From positions 18,156 through 82,155 of the forward strand of contig CABUEK010000004.1 in NCBI GenBank assembly GCA_902490565.1: a DNA stretch of 64,000 nt. Reading direction: 5' to 3'. The stretch's first letter is position 1. Each line of letters begins with the position of its first letter. The notes below the pieces were generated by a model. That model was not told where the DNA came from and did not search any database. It saw only the letters and a program-made list of their open reading frames with translations. The stretch is from an uncultured Collinsella sp. (GTDB taxonomy: Bacteria > Actinomycetota > Coriobacteriia > Coriobacteriales > Coriobacteriaceae). Below, one piece after another: positions 43,976-53,002 of this stretch. Position numbers and translations under genes: made by a program.

Positions 43976-44002
43976 GTGACAAAGAGGCTGCCCCTTTGTC
44001 AC
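43976..44002. repeat. GGGCAG-loop hairpin (D-type copy 2)
   Basis: GTGACAAAGAGGCTGCCCCTTTGTCAC, a near twin of 43542-43568. Confidence 0.6.
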
Positions 44003-44095
44003 ATTCCAAATATTGCCTTTACGTGTTGATACACACGGTGTGCAATAATACTCGCACTGTGCAATAGCGCACAGGCTGAGTAACAAGGAGGACGC

Positions 44096-44806
44096 TTGTC
44101 CCAGCTCGAGAAATGCGATCGCCGGTCCCTTCGCTCGCAGCGTGCCCTTCGCCAGGCGCTTGCCAGCGAGCTTGCCGAAAGCGGCGACCTTTCGCGCATT
44201 AACGTCGCGTCGCTCACCGAGCGCGCCGGTCTTACACGCCGCACGTTCTATTCGCACTACCGCGATATCCCCGACTTTATCAGCCAGATCGAGGACGGCC
44301 TGCTTGCCGAGATTCGCGAGCGGGTGGAGCTTATCACCGCAGCTCAATTACCCGATCTTTACCGCAATATCGACGAGCTCGAGCCGGCACCCGGTTCGGT
44401 TGAGCTGCTTCGCTATCTTGCGGCTAATCGCGACCTTATCGGGGCCCTGCTGGGCCCGGGCGGCGACCCCGCCTTTATTAAAAAGATCATCGATACCGCA
44501 CGCGAGGCCGTGGTGCCGCGTGCACAGACGGGCATTTTGGGCTTGGCGCTGGGCACCTTCTTTGACTACTACGTCACCTATGTCGTGAGTGCCGAGGTCG
44601 GCATGATCCAACGTTGGTTTGAGCGTGACCTTTCTGAATCGCCCGAGACCATGGCGCGCATTATGACGGTCATCGCCTTTGTGCGCCCCGGCGACCTGTA
44701 TGGCCAACCCATCGATATCAACGTGCCGGAATACGGCATGAAGCTATTGAATCTGCAGCTCGAGGATGCGGTCGACACCACCGCAACCGTCGAGTCCAAC
44801 AACTAA
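44096..44806 (+). CDS. TetR family transcriptional regulator (DhaS-like C-terminal domain)
   Basis: INVASLTERAGLTRRTFYSHYRDIPDF HTH. TTG start after an AGGAGG RBS. Confidence 0.8.
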   Translation: MSQLEKCDRRSLRSQRALRQALASELAESGDLSRINVASLTERAGLTRRTFYSHYRDIPDFISQIEDGLLAEIRERVELITAAQLPDLYRNIDELEPAPGSVELLRYLAANRDLIGALLGPGGDPAFIKKIIDTAREAVVPRAQTGILGLALGTFFDYYVTYVVSAEVGMIQRWFERDLSESPETMARIMTVIAFVRPGDLYGQPIDINVPEYGMKLLNLQLEDAVDTTATVESNN

Positions 44807-44818
44807 GAGGAGAGACAG

Positions 44819-47800
44819 ATGAGCAAACTCGTCGAGGGCATTAAGGACCGTGTGGTTGCTGCCGCACGCGAGGCCGCGCCCGCCGTGGTGGACGCCGCGC
44901 AGAAGGCCGCGACCGCGGCTGCCGAGAAAGTTGCCGAGGCGGTTGCCGAGGCCAAGAACGCGGCAGGGGAGACGCCCGTCGCTAGCGAGCCCGTCACTGC
45001 CGCTGAGCCCGTAGCCGCCACCGCCGCCCACGCCCCCGAAGGCGCGATCTTCAACCCCGGCAACGCCCACGGCAACCTGCACCTGGGCATTGACGTGGGC
45101 TCCACCACCGTTAAGCTCGCCGTACTCAACGACGATAACCAGATCGTCTACGCCAAGTACCAGCGCCACCACACCGACGTCCGTGCCTGCGCCCGCGACC
45201 TGTTCGAGGGCGCTGCGACGGTGCTGCCGACGGCCCAGATGACCTGCGCCATTACCGGCTCGGGCGGCCTGCTGCTGTCCCAGTGGCTCGACCTGGAGTT
45301 TGTCCAGGAGGTCATCGCCAGCAAGCGTGCCGTCGAGACCCTCATCCCGGCCACCGACGTCGCCATCGAGCTGGGCGGCGAGGACGCCAAGATCATCTAC
45401 TTCGACAACGGCATCGAGCAGCGCATGAACGGCACCTGCGCCGGCGGCACGGGCGCGTTCATCGACCAGATGGCAACCCTGCTGCACACTGACGCCAGCG
45501 GCCTTAACGAACTCGCGGCCAACGCCACCACCATCTATCCCATCGCCAGCCGCTGCGGCGTTTTTGCCAAGACCGACGTGCAGCCGCTGCTCAACGAGGG
45601 CGCCCGCCCCGAGGACGTGGCCGCCTCCATCTTCCAGGCTGTCGTGACCCAGACCATCTCGGGCCTGGCGTGCGGCCGTCCCATCCGCGGCAACGTCGCC
45701 TTCCTGGGCGGCCCGCTGCAGTATCTCTCCGAGCTGCGCCACCGCTTCTACCTCACGCTCAATCTGGACGAGGAGCACCGTATCGTGCCCCAAAACGCTC
45801 ACCTGTTTGTGGCGAGCGGCGCCGCCATGGCGCACGAGTCCAACAAGCTCAGCACGTTCCCGCAGCTCATCGGGGCCATCGATGCCCTGGGTGACACGCA
45901 GGGTGCCGAGGTCGAGCGTCTGGATCCGCTCTTTGCCACCGACGAGGACTTTGCCGAGTTCAAGACCCGCCACGACACCGAGGTCGTCCCCAAGGGCAAG
46001 CTCGAAGGCTACACCGGACGCGTGTTCATCGGCATCGACGCCGGCTCCACCACCATGAAGGCCGCGCTCGTGGGCGAGGACGGTCAGCTGCTGCACACCT
46101 GGTACGGCAACAACAACGGCGACATCCTAGGCACGGCCAAGGTCATCATGGCCGATTTCTACAACCACATCCCCGCGGGCTGCACCATCGGCCACGTGAC
46201 CACCACGGGCTACGGTGAGGCGCTGCTCATCGAGGCCCTCAAGGCCGATTCCGGCGAGATCGAGACCGTCGCGCACCTGCGCGGCGCCAAGGCGTTCCTG
46301 CCCGGCGTCGAGTTCATTCTGGACATTGGCGGCCAGGACATGAAGTGCCTGCGCGTCAAGGACGGCGTCATCGAGCACATCATGCTCAACGAGGCCTGCT
46401 CGTCGGGTTGCGGTAGCTTTATCGAGAGCTTCGCCGTCTCTATGAACATGGACGTGCGCGCGTTCGCCAACGCCGCCATCCATGCCAAAGCCCCGGTCGA
46501 CCTGGGAAGTCGCTGCACGGTCTTTATGAACTCGCGCGTCAAGCAGGCGCAAAAGGAAGGCGCCACGGTGGGCGACATCGCCGCCGGCCTGTCCTATTCC
46601 GTCATCAAGAATGCCCTGTTCAAGGTCATTAAGCTGCGCGATCCCAAGGAGATCGGCAGCCAGGTAATCGTCCAGGGCGGCACCTTTATGTCCGATGCCA
46701 CGCTGCGCGCGTTTGAGCAGCTCACCGGCGTTCATGCCGTGCGTCCCGACATCGCCGGCTGCATGGGCGCCTACGGTGCGGCCCTGCTCGCCCGCGATCG
46801 CGCCGGCGCCGACGGCACCTCGACCATTCTTTCGGCTGAGGACATCGCGCACCTCACCGTGACGCAAAAGCATGTCCGCTGCGGCCGTTGCTCCAACAAC
46901 TGCCAGCTTACCGTCAACGACTTTGGCGGCGGTAGGCGCTTCATTACCGGCAACCGCTGCGAGAAGGGCGCCGGCCACAAAAAGCAGAAGACTGAGGCCC
47001 CCAACCTCTTCAAAAAGAAAAACGAGCTGCTCTTTGACCGCGAGGTCCTGAGCCCCGACGAGGCCCCGCGCGGCACCGTGGGTATCCCGCGCGCACTCAA
47101 CATGTACGAGAACTACCCCTTCTGGCATGCGTTCTTTACGCGCCTGGGCTTTAGCGTGCAGCTGTCCGACCAGTCGAGCAAAAAGACCTACCAGGCGGGC
47201 ATCGAGTCCATGCCGTCCGAGAGCGTGTGCTATCCGGCCAAGATGAGCCACGGCCACGTGATGAACCTCATTGACCGTGACGTCGACTTTATCTGGATGC
47301 CGTGCGTGCGCTGGGAGCGCAAGGAGGATCCGACCGCCGGCAACTGCTATAACTGCCCCATCGTCATGAGCTACCCCACGGCGCTGGCGCTCAACATCGA
47401 CGAGATCCGTGAGCAGAACATCGAGTTCCTGTACCCGTTTGTGCCCTATCACGACAAGACCGAGCTCAAGCGCCGTCTATACCAGGTGCTCGCCGTCGAC
47501 CGTGTGGCCGATGCTGAGGCCGGTCGCGGTCGCGTGCGCGGTCCCAAGATCACGCGCTCTGAGGTCGATGCCGCCGTCAACGCCGCCTACGAGGCCGACG
47601 CGCGTTTTCACGAGGACATCCAGACCATGGGCGAGGAGGCCCTTAAGTGGGTCGAGGACCACGGCGGCCACGGCATCGTACTCGCCGGTCGTCCCTACCA
47701 TAACGACCCCGAGATCAACCATGCCCTGCCCGAGCTTATCTCGAGCTTTGGCTTTGCGGTCTTTACCGAGGATTCGCTCGCGCATCTGGTGAAGCCCGAG

Positions 47801-49606
47801 CGTCCGATTCGCGTCGTCGATCAGTGGATGTATCACAGCCGCCTGTACGCCGTCGCCCGTTTTGTGACGATGCGCAACGACCTGGACCTGATCCAGCTCA
47901 ATTCCTTCGGCTGCGGCCTGGACGCTCTGACCACCGATCAGGTGCAGGAGATTCTGGAAGCCAGCGGCAAGATCTACACCGTGCTCAAGATTGACGAGGT
48001 GTCCAACTTGGGCGCCGCGCGTATCCGTATTCGCTCGCTCATGGCGGCGCTCAAGGACCAGGAGGCCGAGCGCTTGGCCGAGGCTACGGCCGCGGGCGAG
48101 ACTTACGAGCAGGGCGATGCCGCGCCGGTGGCGCCCTCCACGGATGCCCCCGCGTTCGCGAGCCGTAAGTACACGTTCGAGGCGCAGCGCGAGAGTGCTT
48201 CGACCGCGTGGCCCAAGGTGCCCTTTACCGAGCAGATGCGCGAGGAGGGCTACACCATCCTGTGCCCGCAGATGGCGCCGATCCACTTTGACCTGGTCAA
48301 AGAGGTGTTCCGTGGTGCTGGCTACAACTTGGAGCTGCTGCCCTCGACCGATCACGATGCCGTCGAGGCCGGCCTGCGCTACGTGAACAACGACATCTGC
48401 TATCCGTCGATCCTGGTGACGGGCCAGATCATGGAGGCCATCGAGAGCGGTCGATACGACCTGTCCAAGACAGCCGTGGTTATCAGCCAGACCGGCGGCG
48501 GCTGCCGTGCCACCAACTACATCGCACTCATCCGCAAGGCCCTGCGCGAGAGCGGCCACCCCGAGATCCCGGTGATCTCGCTTTCGGCCGTGGCGCTGGG
48601 CGAGGACAACCCTGGCTTTAAGATTACGCCGGCGCTGCTTAAGCAGGCAGTCTACGCGGTGCTCTTTGGCGACGTGATGATGCAGATGCTCTATCGCTGC
48701 CGCCCGTACGAGGCTACGCCCGGTGCCGCCAACGCGCTCTACGAGGAGTACATGGCGCGCGCTCGCAAGCTGGCGCCCAAGTTTAACCGCCACAACTACA
48801 CCAAGCTGTGCCGCGAGGCCATCCGCGCGTTCGACACCATGCCGCTCGTGGGCGAGGGTACCAAGCCGCGCGTGGGCGTGGTCGGCGAGATCCTGGTCAA
48901 GTTCCATCCCACAGCCAACAACCACGTGGTCGATGTCATCGAGCGCGAGGGCTGCGAGGCCGTGGTGCCGGGTCTGCTCGACTTTTTCCTGTACTCCATG
49001 AGCAACGCCGAGCTGCAGAAGGACGAGTTGGGAAGCTCCGCTACCACGCGCGCTGGTATGCAGGCGCTCATCAAGCTCGTGGACTGGATGCGCACGCCGG
49101 TGGAGGAGATGCTCGAGAAGTCCCGCCGCTTCGAGGCGCCCGAGCGCATCGGCACCATGGCCGACAAGGCCCGTACGGTGCTTTCGGTGTGCAACAACAT
49201 GGGCGAGGGCTGGTTGCTCACGGCCGAGATGCTCGACCTGATCGACCATGGCGCACCCAACATCATCTGCACGCAGCCCTTTGCGTGCCTGCCTAACCAC
49301 GTGGTGGGCAAGGCCGTGATCAAGGAGCTGCGCCGTCAGCACCCCGAGAGCAATATCGTCGCAGTGGACTACGACCCCGGTGCGTCCGAGGTCAACCAGC
49401 TCAACCGTATTAAGCTCATGATCAGCGTGGCCAAGGAAAACATGCGCGCCGGCAAGGGCTTTAAGCTTGAGAAGGTGGCGCCGCTCGCGATGGACGAGGT
49501 CACCGGCCAGATGCGTGCCCACGACGGCTGCGTGAGCTGCGGTTCGGTCGATGAGAGCGCCGTGGCGTCGGTCGCTGAGCGCCTGGGACGCGGCATTAAG
49601 AAGTAG
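44819..49606 (+). CDS. fused acyl-CoA dehydratase activase-related protein: Ala-rich N-terminus, 2x BcrAD/BadFG ATPase, Cys cluster, DUF2229-like and HgdB-like dehydratase-component domains
   Basis: LGIDVGSTTVK and IGIDAGSTTMK ATPase starts; CGRCSNNCQ; GIPRALNMYENYPFWHAFF; GVVGEILVKFHP. Confidence 0.85.
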   Translation: MSKLVEGIKDRVVAAAREAAPAVVDAAQKAATAAAEKVAEAVAEAKNAAGETPVASEPVTAAEPVAATAAHAPEGAIFNPGNAHGNLHLGIDVGSTTVKLAVLNDDNQIVYAKYQRHHTDVRACARDLFEGAATVLPTAQMTCAITGSGGLLLSQWLDLEFVQEVIASKRAVETLIPATDVAIELGGEDAKIIYFDNGIEQRMNGTCAGGTGAFIDQMATLLHTDASGLNELAANATTIYPIASRCGVFAKTDVQPLLNEGARPEDVAASIFQAVVTQTISGLACGRPIRGNVAFLGGPLQYLSELRHRFYLTLNLDEEHRIVPQNAHLFVASGAAMAHESNKLSTFPQLIGAIDALGDTQGAEVERLDPLFATDEDFAEFKTRHDTEVVPKGKLEGYTGRVFIGIDAGSTTMKAALVGEDGQLLHTWYGNNNGDILGTAKVIMADFYNHIPAGCTIGHVTTTGYGEALLIEALKADSGEIETVAHLRGAKAFLPGVEFILDIGGQDMKCLRVKDGVIEHIMLNEACSSGCGSFIESFAVSMNMDVRAFANAAIHAKAPVDLGSRCTVFMNSRVKQAQKEGATVGDIAAGLSYSVIKNALFKVIKLRDPKEIGSQVIVQGGTFMSDATLRAFEQLTGVHAVRPDIAGCMGAYGAALLARDRAGADGTSTILSAEDIAHLTVTQKHVRCGRCSNNCQLTVNDFGGGRRFITGNRCEKGAGHKKQKTEAPNLFKKKNELLFDREVLSPDEAPRGTVGIPRALNMYENYPFWHAFFTRLGFSVQLSDQSSKKTYQAGIESMPSESVCYPAKMSHGHVMNLIDRDVDFIWMPCVRWERKEDPTAGNCYNCPIVMSYPTALALNIDEIREQNIEFLYPFVPYHDKTELKRRLYQVLAVDRVADAEAGRGRVRGPKITRSEVDAAVNAAYEADARFHEDIQTMGEEALKWVEDHGGHGIVLAGRPYHNDPEINHALPELISSFGFAVFTEDSLAHLVKPERPIRVVDQWMYHSRLYAVARFVTMRNDLDLIQLNSFGCGLDALTTDQVQEILEASGKIYTVLKIDEVSNLGAARIRIRSLMAALKDQEAERLAEATAAGETYEQGDAAPVAPSTDAPAFASRKYTFEAQRESASTAWPKVPFTEQMREEGYTILCPQMAPIHFDLVKEVFRGAGYNLELLPSTDHDAVEAGLRYVNNDICYPSILVTGQIMEAIESGRYDLSKTAVVISQTGGGCRATNYIALIRKALRESGHPEIPVISLSAVALGEDNPGFKITPALLKQAVYAVLFGDVMMQMLYRCRPYEATPGAANALYEEYMARARKLAPKFNRHNYTKLCREAIRAFDTMPLVGEGTKPRVGVVGEILVKFHPTANNHVVDVIEREGCEAVVPGLLDFFLYSMSNAELQKDELGSSATTRAGMQALIKLVDWMRTPVEEMLEKSRRFEAPERIGTMADKARTVLSVCNNMGEGWLLTAEMLDLIDHGAPNIICTQPFACLPNHVVGKAVIKELRRQHPESNIVAVDYDPGASEVNQLNRIKLMISVAKENMRAGKGFKLEKVAPLAMDEVTGQMRAHDGCVSCGSVDESAVASVAERLGRGIKK

Positions 49607-49634
49607 CTGGCCTGCTATGGGCTGGATATGAGAC

Positions 49635-49672
49635 AAACGGGTGGTGGCCGTACCGGCTACCACCCGTTTTTG
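49635..49672 (+). terminator. rho-independent terminator
   Basis: AAACGGGTGGTGGCCG / CGGCTACCACCCGTTT stem followed by TTTT. Confidence 0.8.
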
Positions 49673-49725
49673 CTTGGACATATGTTGCGTAAACGCCCCG
49701 ACTATCACCCTTTGCGAACTCAGAT

Positions 49726-49853
49726 TTCGGAAGTATGCGGCAAAATCTGAATAGACCGAGCACACCGAATATGTCCAAGCCCTGTACCTGCGGTTTTATT
49801 GGCGGAAAATCGGGGGTGCTCAAGGGTTCCGGAATTTGCCGCATACTTCCGAA
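49726..49853. repeat. 19-bp perfect inverted repeat separated by 90 bp
   Basis: TTCGGAAGTATGCGGCAAA at 49726-49744 and TTTGCCGCATACTTCCGAA at 49835-49853. Confidence 0.65.
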
Positions 49854-50023
49854 AACGACGTCTCTGCGGCACCAAAAATCGCCCCCAGAACCCTGAGATA
49901 ATGAACATATGTAGCCGTTTGCCGCGAAATACCATCCGTTTAAGGAACCCGTCCCCAACGCGCGTCATCTTTACGGTTGAATAAATACACATCTATGGAA
50001 TTACGTAAGAGAGGACTGTTCCT

Positions 50024-50983
50024 ATGAGCTACAAGACCGTTTGCGTTGCTGGCGGCGGCGTGCTGGGAAGCCAGATTGCCTTTCAGGCTGCCTACTGTGG
50101 CTTCGATGTGACGATTTGGCTGCGCAGCAAGGGCAGCATCGGCCGCACCCAGCCCAAGATCGATCATGTGCGCGAGGAGTACATCGCGGCTATCGAGGGC
50201 ATGGCGGACGGCACGGGCGAGTGGTGCGCCGGTATCGCCGATAGCGGCCAGCCCTTCGACAAGGAAGCGGCGCTCGCCGCCGTTGAGCGTGCCTACTCCA
50301 CACTCAAGCTGGAGCTCGATCTTGCCAAGGCAGTGGCTGACGCCGACCTGGTTATCGAGTCTATGGCTGAGGATACCCAGGCAAAGATTGACTTCTACAA
50401 GAAGCTCGCCCCGGTCCTCCCGCAAAAGACTGTCGTCGTGACCAACTCCTCCACGCTGCTACCGAGCACCTTTGCCAAGTACACCGGCCGCCCCGAGAAG
50501 TACCTGTCGCTGCACTTTGCCAATTCCATCTGGAAGAACAACATGACCGAGGTCATGGCGCAGGACCAAACCGACAAGCGCTACTTCGACGAGCTTGTCG
50601 ACTTTGCCAACGATATTCGCATGCTTGCCCTGCCCGTCAACAAGGAAAAGAACGGCTATCTGCTCAATTCCATGCTGGTGCCATGGCTGCTTTCGGGCCT
50701 TGATCTGTACGTCTCGGGCGTGAGCGATCCCAAGAGCATCGACCTCGCGTGGACGCGTGGCACCGGCGCTCCCAAGGGCCCGTTCCGCGTATTCGACACG
50801 GTGGGTATCCAGACGGCCTACAACATCGTCATGCAGTATCAGAAGGTGCCGGGCCTGGTGAGCCCGCTGCTCAAGAAGATGATGATGCCCTACAACTTTA
50901 AGGCCATGGCCTCCGTCCTCAAGAAAATGCTCGACGAAGGCAAGCTGGGCGAAAGCTCGGGCGAGGGCTTCTTCAAGTACTAA
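50024..50983 (+). CDS. 3-hydroxyacyl-CoA dehydrogenase family protein
   Basis: VCVAGGGVLGSQIAFQAA NAD-binding motif and a C-terminal 3HCDH dimerisation-type region. Confidence 0.85.
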   Translation: MSYKTVCVAGGGVLGSQIAFQAAYCGFDVTIWLRSKGSIGRTQPKIDHVREEYIAAIEGMADGTGEWCAGIADSGQPFDKEAALAAVERAYSTLKLELDLAKAVADADLVIESMAEDTQAKIDFYKKLAPVLPQKTVVVTNSSTLLPSTFAKYTGRPEKYLSLHFANSIWKNNMTEVMAQDQTDKRYFDELVDFANDIRMLALPVNKEKNGYLLNSMLVPWLLSGLDLYVSGVSDPKSIDLAWTRGTGAPKGPFRVFDTVGIQTAYNIVMQYQKVPGLVSPLLKKMMMPYNFKAMASVLKKMLDEGKLGESSGEGFFKY

Positions 50984-51100
50984 GAACGATCCCTCGGGGT
51001 CGGAGGAAAACGGATCATTTTCGGCCGCCAGCAGTGAGAAGATGGACCCAGAAATAGAAAGGAGTGGCAATGGGCTGGCTCGGGCTTTGAAGACAAGTTA

Positions 51101-51541
51101 TTGCAGGCCCAGGGCGATTTCTCGCTCAATGCAGGCCAGCACAGCGTGACGTATCTGCCGAGTTCTGACACGGCAGCGACTGGTCGCTACCAGGTGCTGC
51201 TATACGACAACAACTTTGGTGCGGCCGAGAGCTATCCCAAGTTCGACTGGGGCCAGCTGGGCGCCGCGGTGGTGACCGACTACAGCAAGGGAACGCATTC
51301 GTTTGGGCGCATCTTTACGGTGGATGAGACCGCGCGCACCTACAAGCTTGTGGACCAGATCGCGGTGCCGTTCTCGGGCTACGTTAGTAGTGCGCAGCGC
51401 GTCGGCGATTCGAATAGCATGCTCGTGGCTTCGGGCCAGGCCAAGACCTTCACCGAGTACGATCGCTATGGACTTCCCATCGCCACCTACGAGATGGAAG
51501 CCGAGAAGTACATCTACCGCGTGTACAAGTACGAGCTGTAG
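51101..51541 (+). pseudogene. C-terminal fragment of an arylsulfotransferase (ASST)-like protein
   Basis: GQHSVTYLP...YQVLLYDNN...SGYVSSAQR...YRVYKYEL resembles the last beta-propeller blades of ASST. No N-terminal body or signal peptide. Confidence 0.55.
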
Positions 51542-51555
51542 CGCTGCGCTCTGCA

Positions 51556-52695
51556 TCACTTCACGTCAAATTCCACGCGGTCGAGTTCAGGCACGTTGAG
51601 GTCGATGAGCTTGCGGGCGACGCGGCGATCGTGTGCCCCAAGCGCCTCGCTTGTCGTCACATGGGCGACGATTTCGCGCTCTACAATGCCTTCCTCGTCC
51701 CCTTCGGTGGCCGAGGTCTCGACGGCGACGGTGTAATCCTTAAAGCCTGGCAGCACCGCCGCAAGCTCGCGCGTGGTTTCGGTGACGCCGTAGCCGTCCT
51801 GCACGCCGGCCTGCGCCGAGCCAATGGAGCCTGCTGTCATGACGATGCAGGGGATGGCAAAGATCGTCGTGCCCACAATGATGCGGCGGCGCACCTTGCG
51901 CGACAGCTCGTCGACCTCGGCGTCTTCCTCAGCGGTCACAATGCCGTCGCCGTTCAGGTCGCGCTTGAGCGGCACGCGCAAAAGAAGCAGCACGGCTTCG
52001 GCAGCCAGTGCGATAAAGACCACGTTGATGCCAAACTCATAAAGTGCCGAGAGAAACAGTGATCCGCTTGCGATGGCGATGCCGTAGCCCGCCGCGCACA
52101 GGGGCGGCATGAGCGCGGTCGCCACGGCCACGCCGGCGATGAGCGTGGCGGGTTCCTGGTCGCGCGAGTTGCCCAGCCCGCCTGCAAAGCCGCCTGCGAG
52201 TGCGACGGTAAGGTCCCAGACGGTGGGTGTCGAGTTGTCGATGATGGCGGCCGTGGTGGTGCCAAGGGGCGAGAGCTTAAAGTACAGCGTGGACGTGACC
52301 AGGCAAAAGGCCATCTGCAGCGCAAGGCTGGCGACGGCTTCGACGGTAATCTCGCGGTCGAGCGTGGCAATACCGTATGCCATGGCAAGGACCGAGCCCA
52401 TGAGCGGGCAGATGAGCATGGCGCCCACGATGGCGATGTCCGAATCGATATCGAGGCCGATGCTCGCGATCAACATGGCGATGATGAGGATGCATAGGTG
52501 GGAGCCAGTCAGACGCGCCCCGTTTACAAAACGCTTGCGGATCACATGATAGGGCGCGCGTCCCTCGCGAATGTTGAACGCGCGCTTGAGGAAGCGGGTG
52601 ATGTTTTCCATGGCTTCGCTATGAGCGGGGCGGATGCCGTGACGCCGATGATGACGCTCGCGCAGTCGCTTGATCTGTTGTTTGTCGAGCTCCAT
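51556..52695 (-). CDS. DUF389 (TIGR00341-like) membrane protein
   Basis: LIASIGLDIDSDIAIVGAMLICPLMG and GGLGNSR... repeated hydrophobic modules. Start ATG 52695. Confidence 0.7.
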   Translation of the reverse strand: MELDKQQIKRLRERHHRRHGIRPAHSEAMENITRFLKRAFNIREGRAPYHVIRKRFVNGARLTGSHLCILIIAMLIASIGLDIDSDIAIVGAMLICPLMGSVLAMAYGIATLDREITVEAVASLALQMAFCLVTSTLYFKLSPLGTTTAAIIDNSTPTVWDLTVALAGGFAGGLGNSRDQEPATLIAGVAVATALMPPLCAAGYGIAIASGSLFLSALYEFGINVVFIALAAEAVLLLLRVPLKRDLNGDGIVTAEEDAEVDELSRKVRRRIIVGTTIFAIPCIVMTAGSIGSAQAGVQDGYGVTETTRELAAVLPGFKDYTVAVETSATEGDEEGIVEREIVAHVTTSEALGAHDRRVARKLIDLNVPELDRVEFDVK

Positions 52696-53002
52696 GTCCA
52701 CCTCGTTCCAGCGCGGTCCGCGCAACGCGCCCGTTGTCTTAACTCTACACCGTGGCGGGCGAGGTGTCTGTTGGATGCGGAATCCGATAGGACGGATGAC
52801 GCGGGAGCAAATGCAAATCACAGGCTCAATTCCATCACGCGAAAATATGATGCACCAGCTCCTTCAAATGTGACGAAATTGTGAAGCACAGGAGCATGAA
52901 TTTCAAAAAATACGCTGGTCGCCAATGTTGCGCAACAGAATTCAAAAATCAGCTCCTACATTTTGAAGCGTATGGATACATCCGTGTCAAAGGGAGAAAG
53001 CC

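Noticed and set aside
44744-46096. 450-aa antisense ORF inside the activase fusion gene. Similar long antisense or overlapping ORFs include 47477-49765 (-), 46127-47452 (-), 17981-19420 (-), 15782-16879 (+), 16833-18038 (+), 35544-36749 (+), 57132-58109 (+), 62297-63406 (-) and 36663-37880 (-).
   Set aside because: They lie opposite or overlapping genes with clear family motifs. They have Arg/Ala/Gly/His-rich low-complexity translations typical of stop-poor off-frames in high-GC DNA, and they lack RBS support.
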